A stretch of 64,000 nt of DNA, taken from Basidiobolus meristosporus CBS 931.73 (Eukaryota; Fungi; Basidiobolomycota). Positions 1 to 12,662 of this stretch are shown here, in pieces. Each line of letters begins with the position of its first letter. Position 1 is the stretch's first letter. The translations under genes were made by a program, and so were the position numbers. The notes under the pieces were generated by a model. The model did not search any database and was not told the DNA's origin. It saw only the letters and a program-made list of their open reading frames with translations. The DNA is taken from the NCBI GenBank assembly GCA_002104905.1, contig MCFE01000067.1, forward strand, positions 124,335-188,334, written 5' to 3'.

Positions 1-1115
1 ACTGTAATACATGCATATATGAACAACAGGCCAGACAGCTGTTCAAGAGCTCTGGGCTAATCAAAATTATGTAGAAATTAGATCTAATCTCTCATATCTG
101 TCTGAACCTATGCAAAATTTATTTTTAGGCCGGAAGAAGTATTTGATCACTTTTAATGAAAATTATACAAGATACATATAGGTCTACTTGATGGTGAGAA
201 TGAAAGAGGCTCTGTTCAAGCTCTGGGAGTTCAAAGCCATGGTGGAAAGAGAAACCAGTACAGAAATTAAGATAATAAGCTCTGACAATGGTGGAGAATA
301 TTCCTCAAAACACCTCATCTACTTCTGCAAGATTCATGGGATAAATCAAGAGACTACTGTACTGTACTTGCCACAGCAAAATGAAGTGGCAGAACATGCA
401 AACTGATTAATGACTGATATGGCCAGACTTATGTTCCATAATCCAGTATTAGCTTATGATACTTGAGTGGAATCAGTTGCCACTGCTTTATACCCTAGAA
501 ATAGGAGTATAGCAGAATACCTTGTGATTCTACTCCATTTGGGCACTGTATGGATACAGACCATGTGCAGAACATCTAAGAGTGTTTGGGTGTACCGCAT
601 ATGCCACAAAGCTGTCCAGTAATTGGTCAAAATCTGACCCAAGTAATGTAAAATGCATATTTTTGGGCTACTGCAATGGGAGTCAGGCAAACAGGCTCTA
701 CATTACCAAAGCAGAGAAGCTGATCAAGTACAGGGATGTATAATCTGATGAAAATCTGAAATTGGCACAAAAAATTGCATCAGATGATGACAAAAATCTG
801 ATCTCAAGTCCACCAATAATCAGGATTGAATTAAAGCAATACAATGATAATCTTTTCACTCCAGAGGGCTCTACTGCCATGGTTCAGCCTAAGGCAGTGT
901 CCAGGAATATCCCAGAAGTGATCATTCCTTTATCACAAAGTAGGAGATCCAACTAGACCAGAAATAGCCCAAATTACTATATCAATCAGGGCATAAACAC
1001 TACCTATGCCTATTCAATCCATATTGATGAGCCACAGACTGTAAAAGAGGTGCTAAATAGCCTTCTGACAAGCCTTTGGAGACCTGCAATGACTAAGGAA
1101 TATCAGGCCCTGATA
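1..1115 (+). mobile_element. Ty1/copia pol fragment (integrase core, post-integrase region, start of RT), degenerate
   Basis: ORF 188-406 has rve motifs (IKIISSDNGGEY, PQQNEVAEHAN). Downstream I read VFGCTAYATK (~585) and EPQTVKEVL...WRPAMTKEYQAL (~1030-1115), typical of copia. Multiple stops; few CpG. Confidence 0.85.
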
Positions 1116-1121
1116 CTTAGA

Positions 1122-1953
1122 ATGTTTTCACCAAAATATCATGTACCCAGAACATGAAAATTTGATAAGTAGTTCAAACAGCCCCAGACTTTGCACGCAT
1201 ACTCTTGGGACCTTTCTAAGCCTATTTTATGTGTTTGCTCTGCCAAGACCATGTAAAAGTATAAATACCACTATAACATTCAATAAATCATCAAGTGAAA
1301 ACCACATAATCTACTTGTTCTCCCTATCACCTTCAATATAACCAAGACTCTTACCACAGATTATGAGCCCCAAGCTGTCACTCTCTGCAATGTCTACTAC
1401 TGCTATTACTGGAATTCTTCCCTCTGCTGAAAAGTTGGATGGATCTAACTACCAAGTGTGGAAGGTGAAGATGTAGATGCTGTTACAAGAAAGAGACCTT
1501 TGGGATATTATCATGGGAGAAGAATGCCCTCATAAAAATGTGGGAGAGGAATTCTTTAAGTACCAGACAAAAGAACAAAGTGCCCTTAACTGCATTTGCC
1601 TTAATGTCAAAGACAAACTAATTATTCAATGCTCAAGTGCAAAAATGGCAAAGAGGGCCTGGAAGACATTATAAGACACCTACCAGTCATGTTCTGCTGC
1701 CAAGAAAATGTATCTTAGATGAAAATTCTTGACTACAAAGATGCTGCCAGGAGAAGAAATGAAAAATCTTAATAACAGAATTACCCTGCTGGTGGATGAG
1801 ATGGAATCTGTGGACATACCAACTACTGATGAGGATGTGATAGTAACCATCCTTAATAGCCTGGTAGACAGGTTTCAGGGCCTTGTATCAGTCCTAGAGT
1901 CCGGCACTGCAGACCTGAACTTAAGTTATGTATATGGTGTTGCAATATTCTGA
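1122..1953 (+). mobile_element. Ty1/copia partial LTR, PBS and gag 5' fragment
   Basis: LTR-like end TTACCACA at 1351-1358, then PBS-like GATTATGAGCCC (1359-1370). Gag EKLDGSNYQVWKVKM*MLLQERDLWDII and MTTKMLPGEEM...TILNSL (copia gag/UBN2-like), with stops. Confidence 0.8.
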
Positions 1954-1959
1954 GGAGTA

Positions 1960-2627
1960 TTGGAAGTGATGTGGAGAACTAGAGGATTTACATGTTATTC
2001 ACTTGTAGATTTATTGATCAAAAGTATGGTATTTATACTTTTGATAAAGTAGAGGAAACAAACATGTAGAGTTTGTTAAGGAAGGTCCCAAGAATATGTG
2101 TGCAAAGTTTGGGGTCTTTTGGACGACTTTGAGAAAAATAATAATCTGGGTACCTGACAATTTGGTGAAAATATTCTAAGTAAATCCCGACAAGAAATCT
2201 AGTCAGGACAGAATGCTAATGACAGAATAAGATCTATGTGACTAAGTTAGCATGAATATTTAGGTGACAATTCAATAATTACAACATATGGAAGGCTCAT
2301 GCATGAAGAATTAGGAAAATTAAGCTCCAATAAGAAGGAATAAGATGCATTAATAAGCAATGATAACCAGCAAAGAAGATACCCAAGACCTTTTAAAGGC
2401 AATAGCAACCTGTTTTACAGCTACTGCAAAAGGAAAGGACACACATCAGACCAGTGCTTCAAAAAGAGTGATAGTCAGCAGAAAAAGCCTGAATAGGGAA
2501 ATGCTGCCACAACTGAAGATAGACTATGCATATCTGCACTAAATATGACCACAAACAAGGATTCTCAGACATGATATAGGGACTCTGGAGCATCTCAACA
2601 CTTTACACACCAAGAAGAACTTCTTAC
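1960..2627 (+). mobile_element. Copia LTR-like relic (opposite orientation) followed by gag zinc knuckle and protease remnant
   Basis: 1960-2285 resembles the 3060-3391 LTR and ends ATTACAACA. CSYCKRKGHTSDQC-like knuckle near 2410-2460; GACTCTGGAGCATCTCAACAC = DSGASQH (copia protease motif) at 2581. Confidence 0.7.
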
Positions 2628-2635
2628 CAGCAGCG

Positions 2636-3444
2636 TAATTCTGATAATTAGATTTTTCATTTCTTCTCCTGGCAGCAACTTTGTAGTAAAGAATTTTTGT
2701 CTCAGATACATTTTCTTAGAAGCTGAACATGACTAGTAGGTGTCTTCTAATGCCTTCCAGGCATTCTTTGCCATTTTGCTCTTGAGCATTGAATTAGCAA
2801 TTTGTCTTTAACATTAAGGCAAATGCAGTTAAAGGCACTTTGATCTTTCTTCTGGTACTTCAAGGCTTCCTCTCCCACATTTTTAGGAGGGCATTCTTCT
2901 CCCATGATAATATCCCAAAGGTCTCTTTCTTGTAACAGCATCTACATCTTCACCTTCCACACTTGGTAGTTAGATCCATCCAACTTTTCAGCAGAGGGAA
3001 AAATTCCAGTAATAGCAGTAGTAGACATTGCAGAGAGTGACAGCTCAGGGCTCATAGCCTGTTGTAAGAGTCTTGGAGATATTGGAAGTGATTGGGAGAA
3101 CAAGTAGATTATGTGGTTTTCACTTAATGATTTACTGAATGTAAAAGTAGTATTTATACTTTTACATGGTCTTGGCATTACAAACACGTAGAATAGATTA
3201 AAGAAGGTCCCAACAGCATGTGTACAAAGTTTGGGGCTGTTTGGACAACTTATCTAATTTTCATGTTCTGGGTAAATATTCTAAGTAAATCCCGACAAGG
3301 AATTTGGTCAGTATTCTCTAGGATTTGAAGGTGATGATCTAAGTGACTAAGTTAGGTGAATTTTTAGGTGGAAATACGAATTTTTACAACACTAAGTGAC
3401 TAAGTTAGGTGAATATTTAGGTGGAAATACAAATTTTTACAACA
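2636..3444 (-). mobile_element. Inverted copia gag 5' fragment with PBS and LTR (3060-3391), plus a 53-bp tandem duplication at one LTR end
   Basis: ORFs 2747-2941 and 2942-3187 are near-copies of the + strand gag at 1365-1750. The LTR is bounded by TGTTGTAA...TTACAACA. Minus-strand PBS GGCTATGAGCCCTG at 3046-3059. 3339-3391 is repeated at 3392-3444. Confidence 0.85.
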
Positions 3445-4554
3445 AAAACCACATAATCTACTTGTCCTCCCAATCACTTCCAATATCTCCAAGACTCTTA
3501 CAACAGTATAAATGCTAATTTTACATTCAATAAGGCATTGAGTAGATTTACATTATCCACTTGTTCTCCCAGTCATTTCCAGTATCTCCAAAACTCTTAC
3601 TACAAGAAGTACCCAGACCATCACCTTAAGTCAGTCTAGGTATACTCAAGTTATACTTAGGAAGTACTGGATGAAAGATTGTAAGCAGCTACCCTAATGA
3701 AGACAAACTTTCATCAAGAATCAACCAAATCAAGAGAGCTTGTTACTCTCTAAAAGACCAGACTTTTCTAACAAATTTAGTGTTAGCAGTTTAATGAATT
3801 TCATGAATGTAACATGATCAGACTTCAATAGATTATTAAAGAAAATCCACATAATCTACTTGCTCTCCCAATCACTTCCAGTATCTTCAGAAGTCTTACA
3901 ACAAAGCCAGTCATAAAAAATATACTTAAATAGGATCCTAAGAGCATATACATACTATGTGGGGGCTTTTAGACAGCCTAACAAATCTTTATACTCAGAG
4001 TACCTGACACTTTGCTGAAACTTGTCAAGTCAATTTCAACAAAGAATTTGGGCAAGGAATAGTGAAGTTTGTAAGCTAGGATTTCAATGACATGTTTAGG
4101 AGTAAATACCAGATTTACCACATTACAAACAGTTGATTCACTATCCTACATCCAACAAGGGCATATTATACAAACATACATGGCCATAATCTTGCCACTG
4201 TTTACTTTCGCTCAATATACCAATACATAGCCCATTCACTACTTAACACCCAATGGATTAGTCCATGTGAATGTAGAGTGGAGAGGACTTAAATGAATCC
4301 TGACGATTTTACACTCGATTAATCCTGGGATTGGTTTTGCTTAATGACATTATCAAAGGACACCACTTGGTCAGATGATTAATGCACATATGTGAAATAG
4401 GAGATAATCCAGGTTTGGTGCATATCACCGGTTTGGTATATATCGATTCGTCCTGGAAACTCGATCAACCGCCCATGAATAAGATTCGAATTCCGGGAAC
4501 AACTAAGTGAAGTGAATTTCCACCGAGACTTCAGTGACACCTTGATACGATACA

Positions 4555-6638
4555 ATGGACGATTTCGACTACAATGCGGTATCTTGGGATACCGGAGACA
4601 CCACCCATCACGTAAACGACCCGTTGTTTGAGGAAGGTGGCCTCGAGGTTGGCAGCTCGTTCGCTGATTTCCAACCGCCCGAGGTCGCGTCCCCCTTCTC
4701 CCAGCCCGGTGATGAACCGAGCACCACAGACCTGGTAAGAAGCGCTTGTTGGTGGTTGCGTTGCCTCCCTCGAGCTAGTGTTACTCGATATTGATGTCCA
4801 CTCGTTTCGCTAGACCCAACCGGAAATTGTCCCAGCATCCGCGACGGACGCCGCTCAGGATCCTCTCGCCCCAGCCAAGATGCAGATCTCCATCACCCAA
4901 CCCCATAAAGAATACGAGGGAACCACGGCGCAACACATCTCCTACCTGATAACCACCCAGGTAACTCTCATTGACCACCCACGCGCGGAAGTTTAGTTCC
5001 CCGTTGAGCAGTTGGACTAAGGAAAACCCTCCGTTGCTAGACTGAATTGAAAACCTTCCCAAAGTCCGAGTGCCAAGTGCGCAGGAGGTTCCAGGAGTTC
5101 GTGTGGTTGTATAACACCCTTGTTGACGAGTACCCTGCCTCCATGGTTCCTCCTTTACCAGGGAAGCACCGAATGGGTAAGCCCACCCTTATCTCTACTC
5201 TTACCTTGACAACCGCCTCTTAACCATCCTGTCTCCACCCTTACGCTAGAATACTTCAAGGGAGACCGTTTCGGAGAGGAATTCGTGGAGAAGAGAAAAG
5301 ATAGGTAAGTCCCGCATTCGCACCCGCACCCTCCCCGGTTAGTCACTCAACTCCTTCCACCGCCAACTAGTTTGGAACGGTTTTTGCAAAGGGTGGCCAG
5401 ACACCCTACCCTCCAAAAGAGCGTTTGCTTGAGAAACTTCCTCACGGCCGAGAAATTGGTAGTTGCCCCTTAGGTTGCACTACAGACCATCCTATCTGAC
5501 CAATCCGTCTGCTCTCATGTAGTCGACCACGGCACCCAAGGGGGAAGGAGCACTGGAGAATCTCGGAGAAGTGCTGATCAACGCGTTCACCAAGGTACAG
5601 AAGCACGACGAACGATTCTTGGAGATCAAGGAGAGCGTGGAGAAGTTCTCGGAGAACCTCCATACCATCGAGCGGCTCCACCAGAAAATCCTCAAGAAGC
5701 AGATGGGTAGAGACGGCTCTCTGAAGTGGTGGGAATGGCCAGACCGCTAATCGACTTACACCATCTAGAACTCGAGCCCGATTACGCGGCACTAGAGACG
5801 GAGATCAAGGCGTTGAGTCAACTGGAGACCAGAATTGCCGAGCCGTTGTTGAAATTTGCCTCGGCCATCGAGAAACAGGCCGAAGTGACGAAAGAGATGG
5901 TATGTGCCAGCGCCGGGGTCGCCCAACCCACACCTGCTAACCCACACCGGCCTAACCCTGCTCGTTAAAGATCGGTTCAGAGGAGGCAGGATTCCTCAGT
6001 CAGATCCATGAATACATTAGTTACTGCACCAACGTCAAGGTACCTCCACCACACTGCACTCAACCCGTCGACGCGTGTACTGAACATTTATTAGGGAGTC
6101 ATGAAGCTGCGCGAGCAGAAGCAGATAGACTTCGAGGAACTCAGCGTGCTGCTTGACCAACAGAAGAGCGAACGTGAAAAGCTCGTCAACCATGGCAGGA
6201 CCTCCGGGATCTCGTCCTTCCTCAAAGGGAAGTATGACGAGATCAAGGGGGTGGACCAAGAAAAGGCTCGACAGCAGAAACTGGAGAAAGTGGAGGCCAA
6301 GGTTAAGGAGGTAACGCAGATTCGGCTGGACCAGGTTTTTTGCGAGAGTCACTGACCACCGGCTCTTAGCTCGAGAGGGAGGTAGATAGCAGCGGCGACC
6401 TGGCCTCAAGGTTCTCGGAGGAAGTGCTCAAGGAGTTCGCGATCTTCCAGACCTCCAAGACAATCGATCTAAAAGATTCATTCCACAACTACTGCAACAG
6501 CCAGATGGACTACTACAAATCGGTAAGTACCTACGAGCGATGTCCGTCGCTAACCGCGTCGCTAACCATATCCACCCGCAGGGGATTTCCATTTGGGAGG
6601 AGATCATCCCAATCTTGGAGGGAATCCAACCACAATAA
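4555..6638 (+). CDS. SNX4: Sorting nexin-4 / Atg24 (PX-BAR), multi-exon
   Basis: Splicing GT-AG introns (first 4735-4813) gives QPHKEYEGTTAQHISYLITT, VRRRFQEFVWLYNTL, VPPLPGKHR, GDRFGEEFVEKR, LERFLQRVARHP (PX), then BAR helices, ending GISIWEEIIPILEGIQPQ* at 6638. Confidence 0.9.
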
Positions 6639-6659
6639 AGCAGTGACCAATAAACTCCA

Positions 6660-6667
6660 TCACGTGA
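6660..6667. promoter_or_regulatory. TCACGTGA E-box (Cbf1/bHLH-type) upstream of RPS21
   Basis: Exact palindrome ~365 bp upstream of the RPS21 ATG. The same core lies at 20617-20623 (RPS23/BMS1) and 26308-26317. Confidence 0.35.
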
Positions 6668-7030
6668 CGCGAAGCGTCTGCATTTGTAAAAAAGAAAAAA
6701 ATGATTTACGCTGTGTTGTTAGAGCTTTTGGCCAAAGGTGGAACAGGAGGAAACCCACTTCGCCCCGCAGTCCATGATTCTGGAAAGAACGGAAAGATAG
6801 ATGAATGCCCCTAGCCAGACGATGGTAGACCAACACCCACAACACCCACTAATCGAAGCACCCGATGTGCAGTAGAGAACATTTTCAATAAAACTTGCCA
6901 GATCAAAGCCAGTCAGCCAATCACACCGCCCAGCATCGCAGAGGGATTTTTTTTCCGAGTTTGGGCAATTTTATGAAACCAATTTTGTCGGGTGGCTCTT
7001 TCTTTCTCTTCCTTACCGAAGTTTGCAAAC

Positions 7031-7360
7031 ATGGAAAACGATCAAGGTGTTCTCGTCGACTTGTACGTCCCCAGAAAGTGGTATGTACCGAAGGCATCGC
7101 GACCCCCTGCGCCATCCCACCATTACTAAGCTGCTTTTCTCTCCCACAGCTCTGCCACTGGCCGTCTCATCCCCGCCAAGGACCACGCCTCCGTCCAAAT
7201 CAACATTGGTGAGGTCGATGCCGAAGGCCGTTACACCGGTTCTTTCCAAACCTATGCCTTCTCCGGCTTCGTCCGCAAGCTCGGTGAATCCGACGACTCC
7301 CTCAACCGCCTTGCCACCAAGGACGGTTTCTTGAAGAACGTCTGGTCTTACCAAAAGTAA
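7031..7360 (+). CDS. RPS21: 40S ribosomal protein S21 (eS21), 2 exons (7031-7080, 7150-7360)
   Basis: Spliced product [37 protein letters not shown]...[15 protein letters not shown]; canonical GTATGT...CAG intron. Not a single ORF in the track. Confidence 0.97.
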
Positions 7361-7731
7361 TTGAAGGGCGTCTGGTCTCACCCACCCCCTAGCTAACCCT
7401 ACATGTTGACGCTTTCATCGGAACTATAATAAACTGCGATTTCTCGCCAACATTGTGCGTAATTTGTTGGATTTTTTTTATGTTGTTGATCCGGATTTGA
7501 TGATGCAAATTTAATGGATCCCCTATACCAATGATCTATACTAATCCACGGCTGGTTTGTGGTCGGTGATTTGCCATTTGCGATAAGTAAAACGAATCGA
7601 ACCTCGATTACCTGGGCTTTTTGAACCATTGCTGGTATTTTCTCTAACCTAGCAACCAAAACCTAGCGCAGCCCAATCCCTTCCACTGGTACCCATACCA
7701 GAACCTTCTTGACAACGAAGCTGCGAACGTG

Positions 7732-10553
7732 ATGGCAGACTCGTTTTTCGGTTTTAACACCGCCCTTCCCCCGCTGTCCTCCCAGGAGCGACAGAACCTC
7801 CGGAGGGGCCCGTACTCGGCGAACGAGAACGGTTTCGACAAGTTAAACAACCAGCTACACTCCCTCCACCTCAACGAGGGCCTTTCCTCTTTAGATGAGG
7901 AGAAGTACGACCGTCTGGGTGACCAGTTGCAAGAGGAGAACGACAATTTGAACGATGAAACATTCGGCGCGGTCGGCACCGCTAATATGAGTGAGTTTTT
8001 TTTTCAATCTGTGGTTCCAAAGAACAATCTCAGTCCCCCCCTTTACGATCCGACTTCGAGGGCGAATTTTGGTCTCGAGTCGGTCCACATTGCCACCAGG
8101 CTCCATTTCTCTACCTTCCCACCCCACCTTCCCCTCCACCCAAAGCCTATGGCTACTTGTGAAGTGGCGATCTGCGGAACTTGTTGCACCGTCGTTAAAT
8201 GTTGCGTTATTTTCCCTGTCTAGATCGGGATTTCGACTTCGCCGCCAACACCGACAAGATCGCCTCCGCCCTTGAAAAGGAGCAACGTCAGTTGTTCGGG
8301 GATAGAAGAGCCTCGCAAAACCCTGGTTATGAACAATACGGTAAGTTCAGGGGACGCCTTCTTTCCCTTGGTTTGGTCTTTGCTGACCGGAGTCGACGCT
8401 TTTATTAACTTGTGTGCTGCTTCGTGCGTCTGTAGGGGCCCAAAAGCCTACTCGTAACTCGCTCGCCGCCCTGTGGGGTGAGGAGGCAGGTCAGCAAGGA
8501 AACAGAGGGTACGACAAGACCTACGACTACGCAGAGATGGTCCATTCTCCCGTGTCTCCCAGTATTTCCAAGCAACACCAGGATATTTGGAATCAAGGGG
8601 ATGGAAATCGTGGTAAGTAAATCCCACCGACCCGCCCCGACTTGCTCAACCCAGCTTACCTAACGCATTCCAGAAATCCCTTACGGCTTGAGCAGAACCA
8701 GTTCGTACGGGGATGGCGGCCAAGGAGAATTCGGCTTTTCTTCTCCAAGAAATCGCCCCGTCGCACTTAACCAGGCACCTAACGACCTTGGCTACATGTC
8801 GCCAAGAAATCGTCCGGCGATGCTTGGAAGTCCCCGTACCGAGCCTCCCTACATGTCTCCTCGCAACCGACCCGCCCCTCCACCAGGCGTGATGTCGCCT
8901 ATGGGAGGTAGATACTCCTTGGAGGAGATTGAAAACCAACTTCTCCGATCGCTACCTCAATCTGGAATGCCAAACAACCTCCAAGGCTATGACAGACGAG
9001 GCATCGAGATGGACCCCGCCTTGGCCCCAAGAACCGGGCCTATCCCCAACGCCAACTACCTTCAGAGCTACGAGAGGGAGGCGATCTTCGCCATGAAACA
9101 GCAAAGACTTCGGGAGAAGCTGATGCGAATCGTAAGTCGGCGTCGGCCACCTTCCCATCCCCACCCGCTCTTCCGGAATGCCCCATATTGACCACCGTTT
9201 CGTATTTAGGGACGTTACAACAACCTGATGACCCAGGGCGACAAGGACTACATCTCCCGGATCCAGATCTCCCAGCTCGTCACCGACGACCCATACGCCG
9301 ACGACTTCTACTACCAGATGTACAACGCGTTCAACAAGAAGGTCGACCCCGGGCTCTCCTCCCCCGCTGCCGAGAAGCTCCCCTCTGGTGGACGCCGTGG
9401 GCTGACCAGGATGCAGCAACAGATCAAGCGAGTGGTCGAGGAGGCCAAGCGTAGACCCCGGTCTACCCAGTTCTCCCTCGAAGGTGCGCTCGGTAAGATC
9501 GCCCTCAAGTCCGTCAAGAACCCCAAGCAGATCCTGCAAGTCAGTGGGAAGGCGAGCGAGGAATCCGGAGGCTCGTCCCCGGTAATCGAGACGAAGACGG
9601 TAGCCAACAGCCAGGACGATCGGAAGAGGACGTTGAGAGTGATTGAAAACGTCTACAACAAAACGCTCGAGTTGGAGCAGCTGATGCGACAGAACCAGAA
9701 GGACCCCCGCGCACGCCAGGACCAGGAGAGCTTGGAGAAGTGGGTCCAGGAGTGTGAAGAGATCATCGCGGAGATCTGGGCCGAGCTTGGCACCAACAAC
9801 CCCATCTCCACGGAGTATCCTCACCCCTTCATCAGGTTCCTCAACATCCCCAAAGGAAAGAAGCTCATTCCGCGTATCTTGCGACACGCGATTCCCGAGA
9901 AGGGTCTTAGCATGGTGACCACGCTCGTGGCCAATTTCGAGAGTCTGAATGTGTGTCGTGGCGGGGTCTTCGGGCCGCAGTCGACCATCTTGCCGGAAAC
10001 CTTGGAGGAGATCGACCTGTTCGTGAACACGGTGATCGCCTCCCTCCTCGAGAGATTCATCATGGAGGTGCCGATGAAAACCATCAACGGTCTGCTCTCC
10101 GTTTTCATCGAGAGGAACAACATCGCCTGGGTGGCCCGCAGCAAGGTTGGCCTCAGCATGCTCACCATGTTCCTCACACGTGCGGTGATGCTGAAACAAG
10201 GGGTGGGCACCCACCAAGGGTTCGTGCCGGACGAGGTGGAGCTTTCACAATGGAACGAGGTGTACACCGAGCTCTTCGCCCAGCTCCAGTACCACTTCGG
10301 CATGCTCTTCCCACCGACCACCTCCATGATCGACGACCTTTACGTGTGGGAGTTCTTGGCCGCCCTCGGATCACAGGCCACATCCCAACAGCAGCATGTG
10401 CTTGTGACCGAGGTCAGGGAGAAGATCTACGAGAGCCTCATGGCCGCCACCTCGGGACAATTGCCACCCGAGGCTGCCCAGCACAAATACTCCAACGTGA
10501 ATCTGTTCCTTCACTCGTTGGGGCTTGACGCATCTCAGATCCCCCTTCGCTAA
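7732..10553 (+). CDS. PAT1: mRNA decapping activator Pat1, multi-exon
   Basis: N-terminal MADSFFGFNTALP and LNDETFG motifs; LMTQGDKDYISRIQISQLVTDDPYADDFYYQ and FSLEGALGKI motifs; C-terminal NLFLHSLGLD. Confidence 0.93.
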
Positions 10554-10950
10554 CCCACCAAAAGCATCCACTGTGTACCTCACTCGATAGTAAATATTGA
10601 ACCCACACCTCCCACAGACACCAATGTACCGGGACGTACGTCTTAACTCCCCCTTCTTCCTCCCGAAAAGACCACCACGCTTATATATAAATGAAAAAAA
10701 ATCCGTATTCCAATAACACCTGGTCATCCTCCACGTTTCCGATTCCACACTAGAGAAAATAAAGGTGGTAGATTGGTGGCTACTAGTTGGGTAAGGGAGG
10801 ATTTTATTTACGCGTTCTTCGGTTAAGGTGGATAACACCGATGGAATGGAACCGTATTCGCTTTCTAACGACAATCTCTACTGGTTGGGGTGGACAAGAA
10901 ACCAAAAAAAGGAGACTCGGTGGACCCTCTAAACGCCGGGTGGGGTGGGT

Positions 10951-11235
10951 TTATTGGGACTTGGACAATTGCCAGGCGGAGGCGATGAAAGGAAGGGCGT
11001 ATCCGAGACCGAAGAAAGAGACCATCTTCACGGCGAGGGCCTTCTTCTTCTTGACGTCGAAGGGCAAGTGCTACGGGTGGAAGTGGAGGGTGTTTAGTGG
11101 TGTGTCGGGTAACGGGGTTCACGTAAAAGGAACACTTACAGCGCCGTTCTCGTTTTCGAAGTGGTAGGCACTTCTGGTGACGTTGGGGCGAACAAGGGAG
11201 CGGGAGCGGATGGCGGCGCGAGCAAAGACGGACAT
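10951..11235 (-). CDS. COX8: Cytochrome c oxidase subunit COX7C/Cox8, 2 exons (11140-11235, 10951-11070)
   Basis: Hand splice (GTAAGT...TAG) gives 71 aa MSVFARAAIRSRSLVRPNVTRSAYHFENENGA-HLPFDVKKKKALAVKMVSFFGLGYALPFIASAWQLSKSQ: mitochondrial presequence plus one TM helix with the COX7C-like LPF...PF...WQL pattern. Absent from the ORF track. Confidence 0.88.
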
Positions 11236-11600
11236 GGTTCTGAAGGTGTTTTGGTCAGAGGAGAGGGAGCGGTTCAGTGGGATAATATTTCCTCGCCGAT
11301 GAAATCGCCCAATCCTCCCCGGAGTTTCGGGAAGTACTTGGGGTAATGGGTTAAAAAAAACTCAATCGACCATCACTTTAAACGGGAGAGGTTCCCCAGA
11401 TGCAAAACCCAATGCCATTCGGCATTCCATTTTCATTCGGTCACCCCAAACCCAATATATCTGGTGGAAGGTTGATTAACCTGGGCTTTGTTTAAGCAGT
11501 GTTGATTAACCTGGGGTTTATTTATCGAGATGTATGAAGGTGAGAATGCTAGATATGTAGAGAGATTCGTTAATCTATGGGGAGGGTGGTCTGGAATCGA

Positions 11601-12662
11601 TCAGTTGTATTTGAAATCGTCCTTGGAAAGACCACCGGTGTGGTTCGACCAGACAAGCTTGATCTTTCTCTGTCTCTCGGACCTGGTGGCCTCGCGAAGG
11701 GTGCCGTCTCTTTCACGAACCCAAATCTTACGATCTGTGATGTCGAGCTTCTTGTTGGTATCGGTGAACATGAACTTCCAGCGTCTGGTGGCCTCGGAGG
11801 GATCCTTAGCGATGACACGTGGCTTCTCCTCCACCTCTTGCTTGACAACAGCTTCTTGCTGGAGTTCATCTTGGATTTGCTGGAAGGGCTTACGCTTAAG
11901 CACCTTGGCGGCGTCCACGGGAGTGAAGGGGATGTCTTCATCGACAGTTTTGAAGAAGGGCTTGGATACTCTGGGAACGGTTTCATCGATGGGCTCAGGG
12001 GTGATACGGTTGTCAACGCCCATCATACTTTCCATCCCCTTGCGGAATTGAGTTTGCATGCTGAAGCCCTGAAAGCGAAGTCATATTTAGTGACACGAAA
12101 CCTGGCTGTTCGGAAGGCTCTCATACAATACCTTGTCAACCATCTCTCTTTCGTGAGCCTTCAGCTTAATGATGGCCTCGACTCTTTTCAACGACAGGCC
12201 ATATTTGGTGGCCAGCTTTCTGGGGGTCCAGGTAAGTGGCTCGAAGGTATGGGTCTTGAAAATCTCCTCCTTGATATAATCGGAAACCGGAGCGGAGGGC
12301 TTGAAGAGTGGGTTCATGGGGAAGGGGGTCTCGTAAACATAGTTGGTTTGTCCCCACACTGGCTTCTCGAATTGTTTGCCTTCAGCAGCGAACCACAAGG
12401 TAGCCTTTCTTAGTTTTCCTTCGGGCAAGTTGTCCTCCTCCTCCTCCTCTTCCTCGTCCTCCTCTCCTTCTTCAACAGACTCCTCGGTTGCCTCCTTGTC
12501 CTCTACAGGTGGCTTGTCGCCCTCTTTTTCATCAAAGGTAGACAGGCTGTTGTGAATGCGGGCGCCGGCGGTATAGCTAAATCCACGGCATTGACGAAAC
12601 ACAGTCAAGGCCTGGACGTGAACACGAAGCCCTTTGGCGAGAGTTTGGGTGGTCGATAACAT
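11601..12662 (-). CDS. MRPS35: Mitochondrial ribosomal protein mS45 (Bot1/Mrps35 family), 2 exons (12132-12662, 11601-12068)
   Basis: PFPMNPLFKPSAPVSDYIKEEIF, LATKYGLSLKRVEAIIKLK and VRERDGTLREAT motifs; N-terminal presequence; in-frame GT-AG intron. Confidence 0.85.

Noticed and set aside
8952-10217. 421-aa minus-strand ORF
   Set aside because: Antisense shadow of GC3-rich PAT1; no recognisable motifs.
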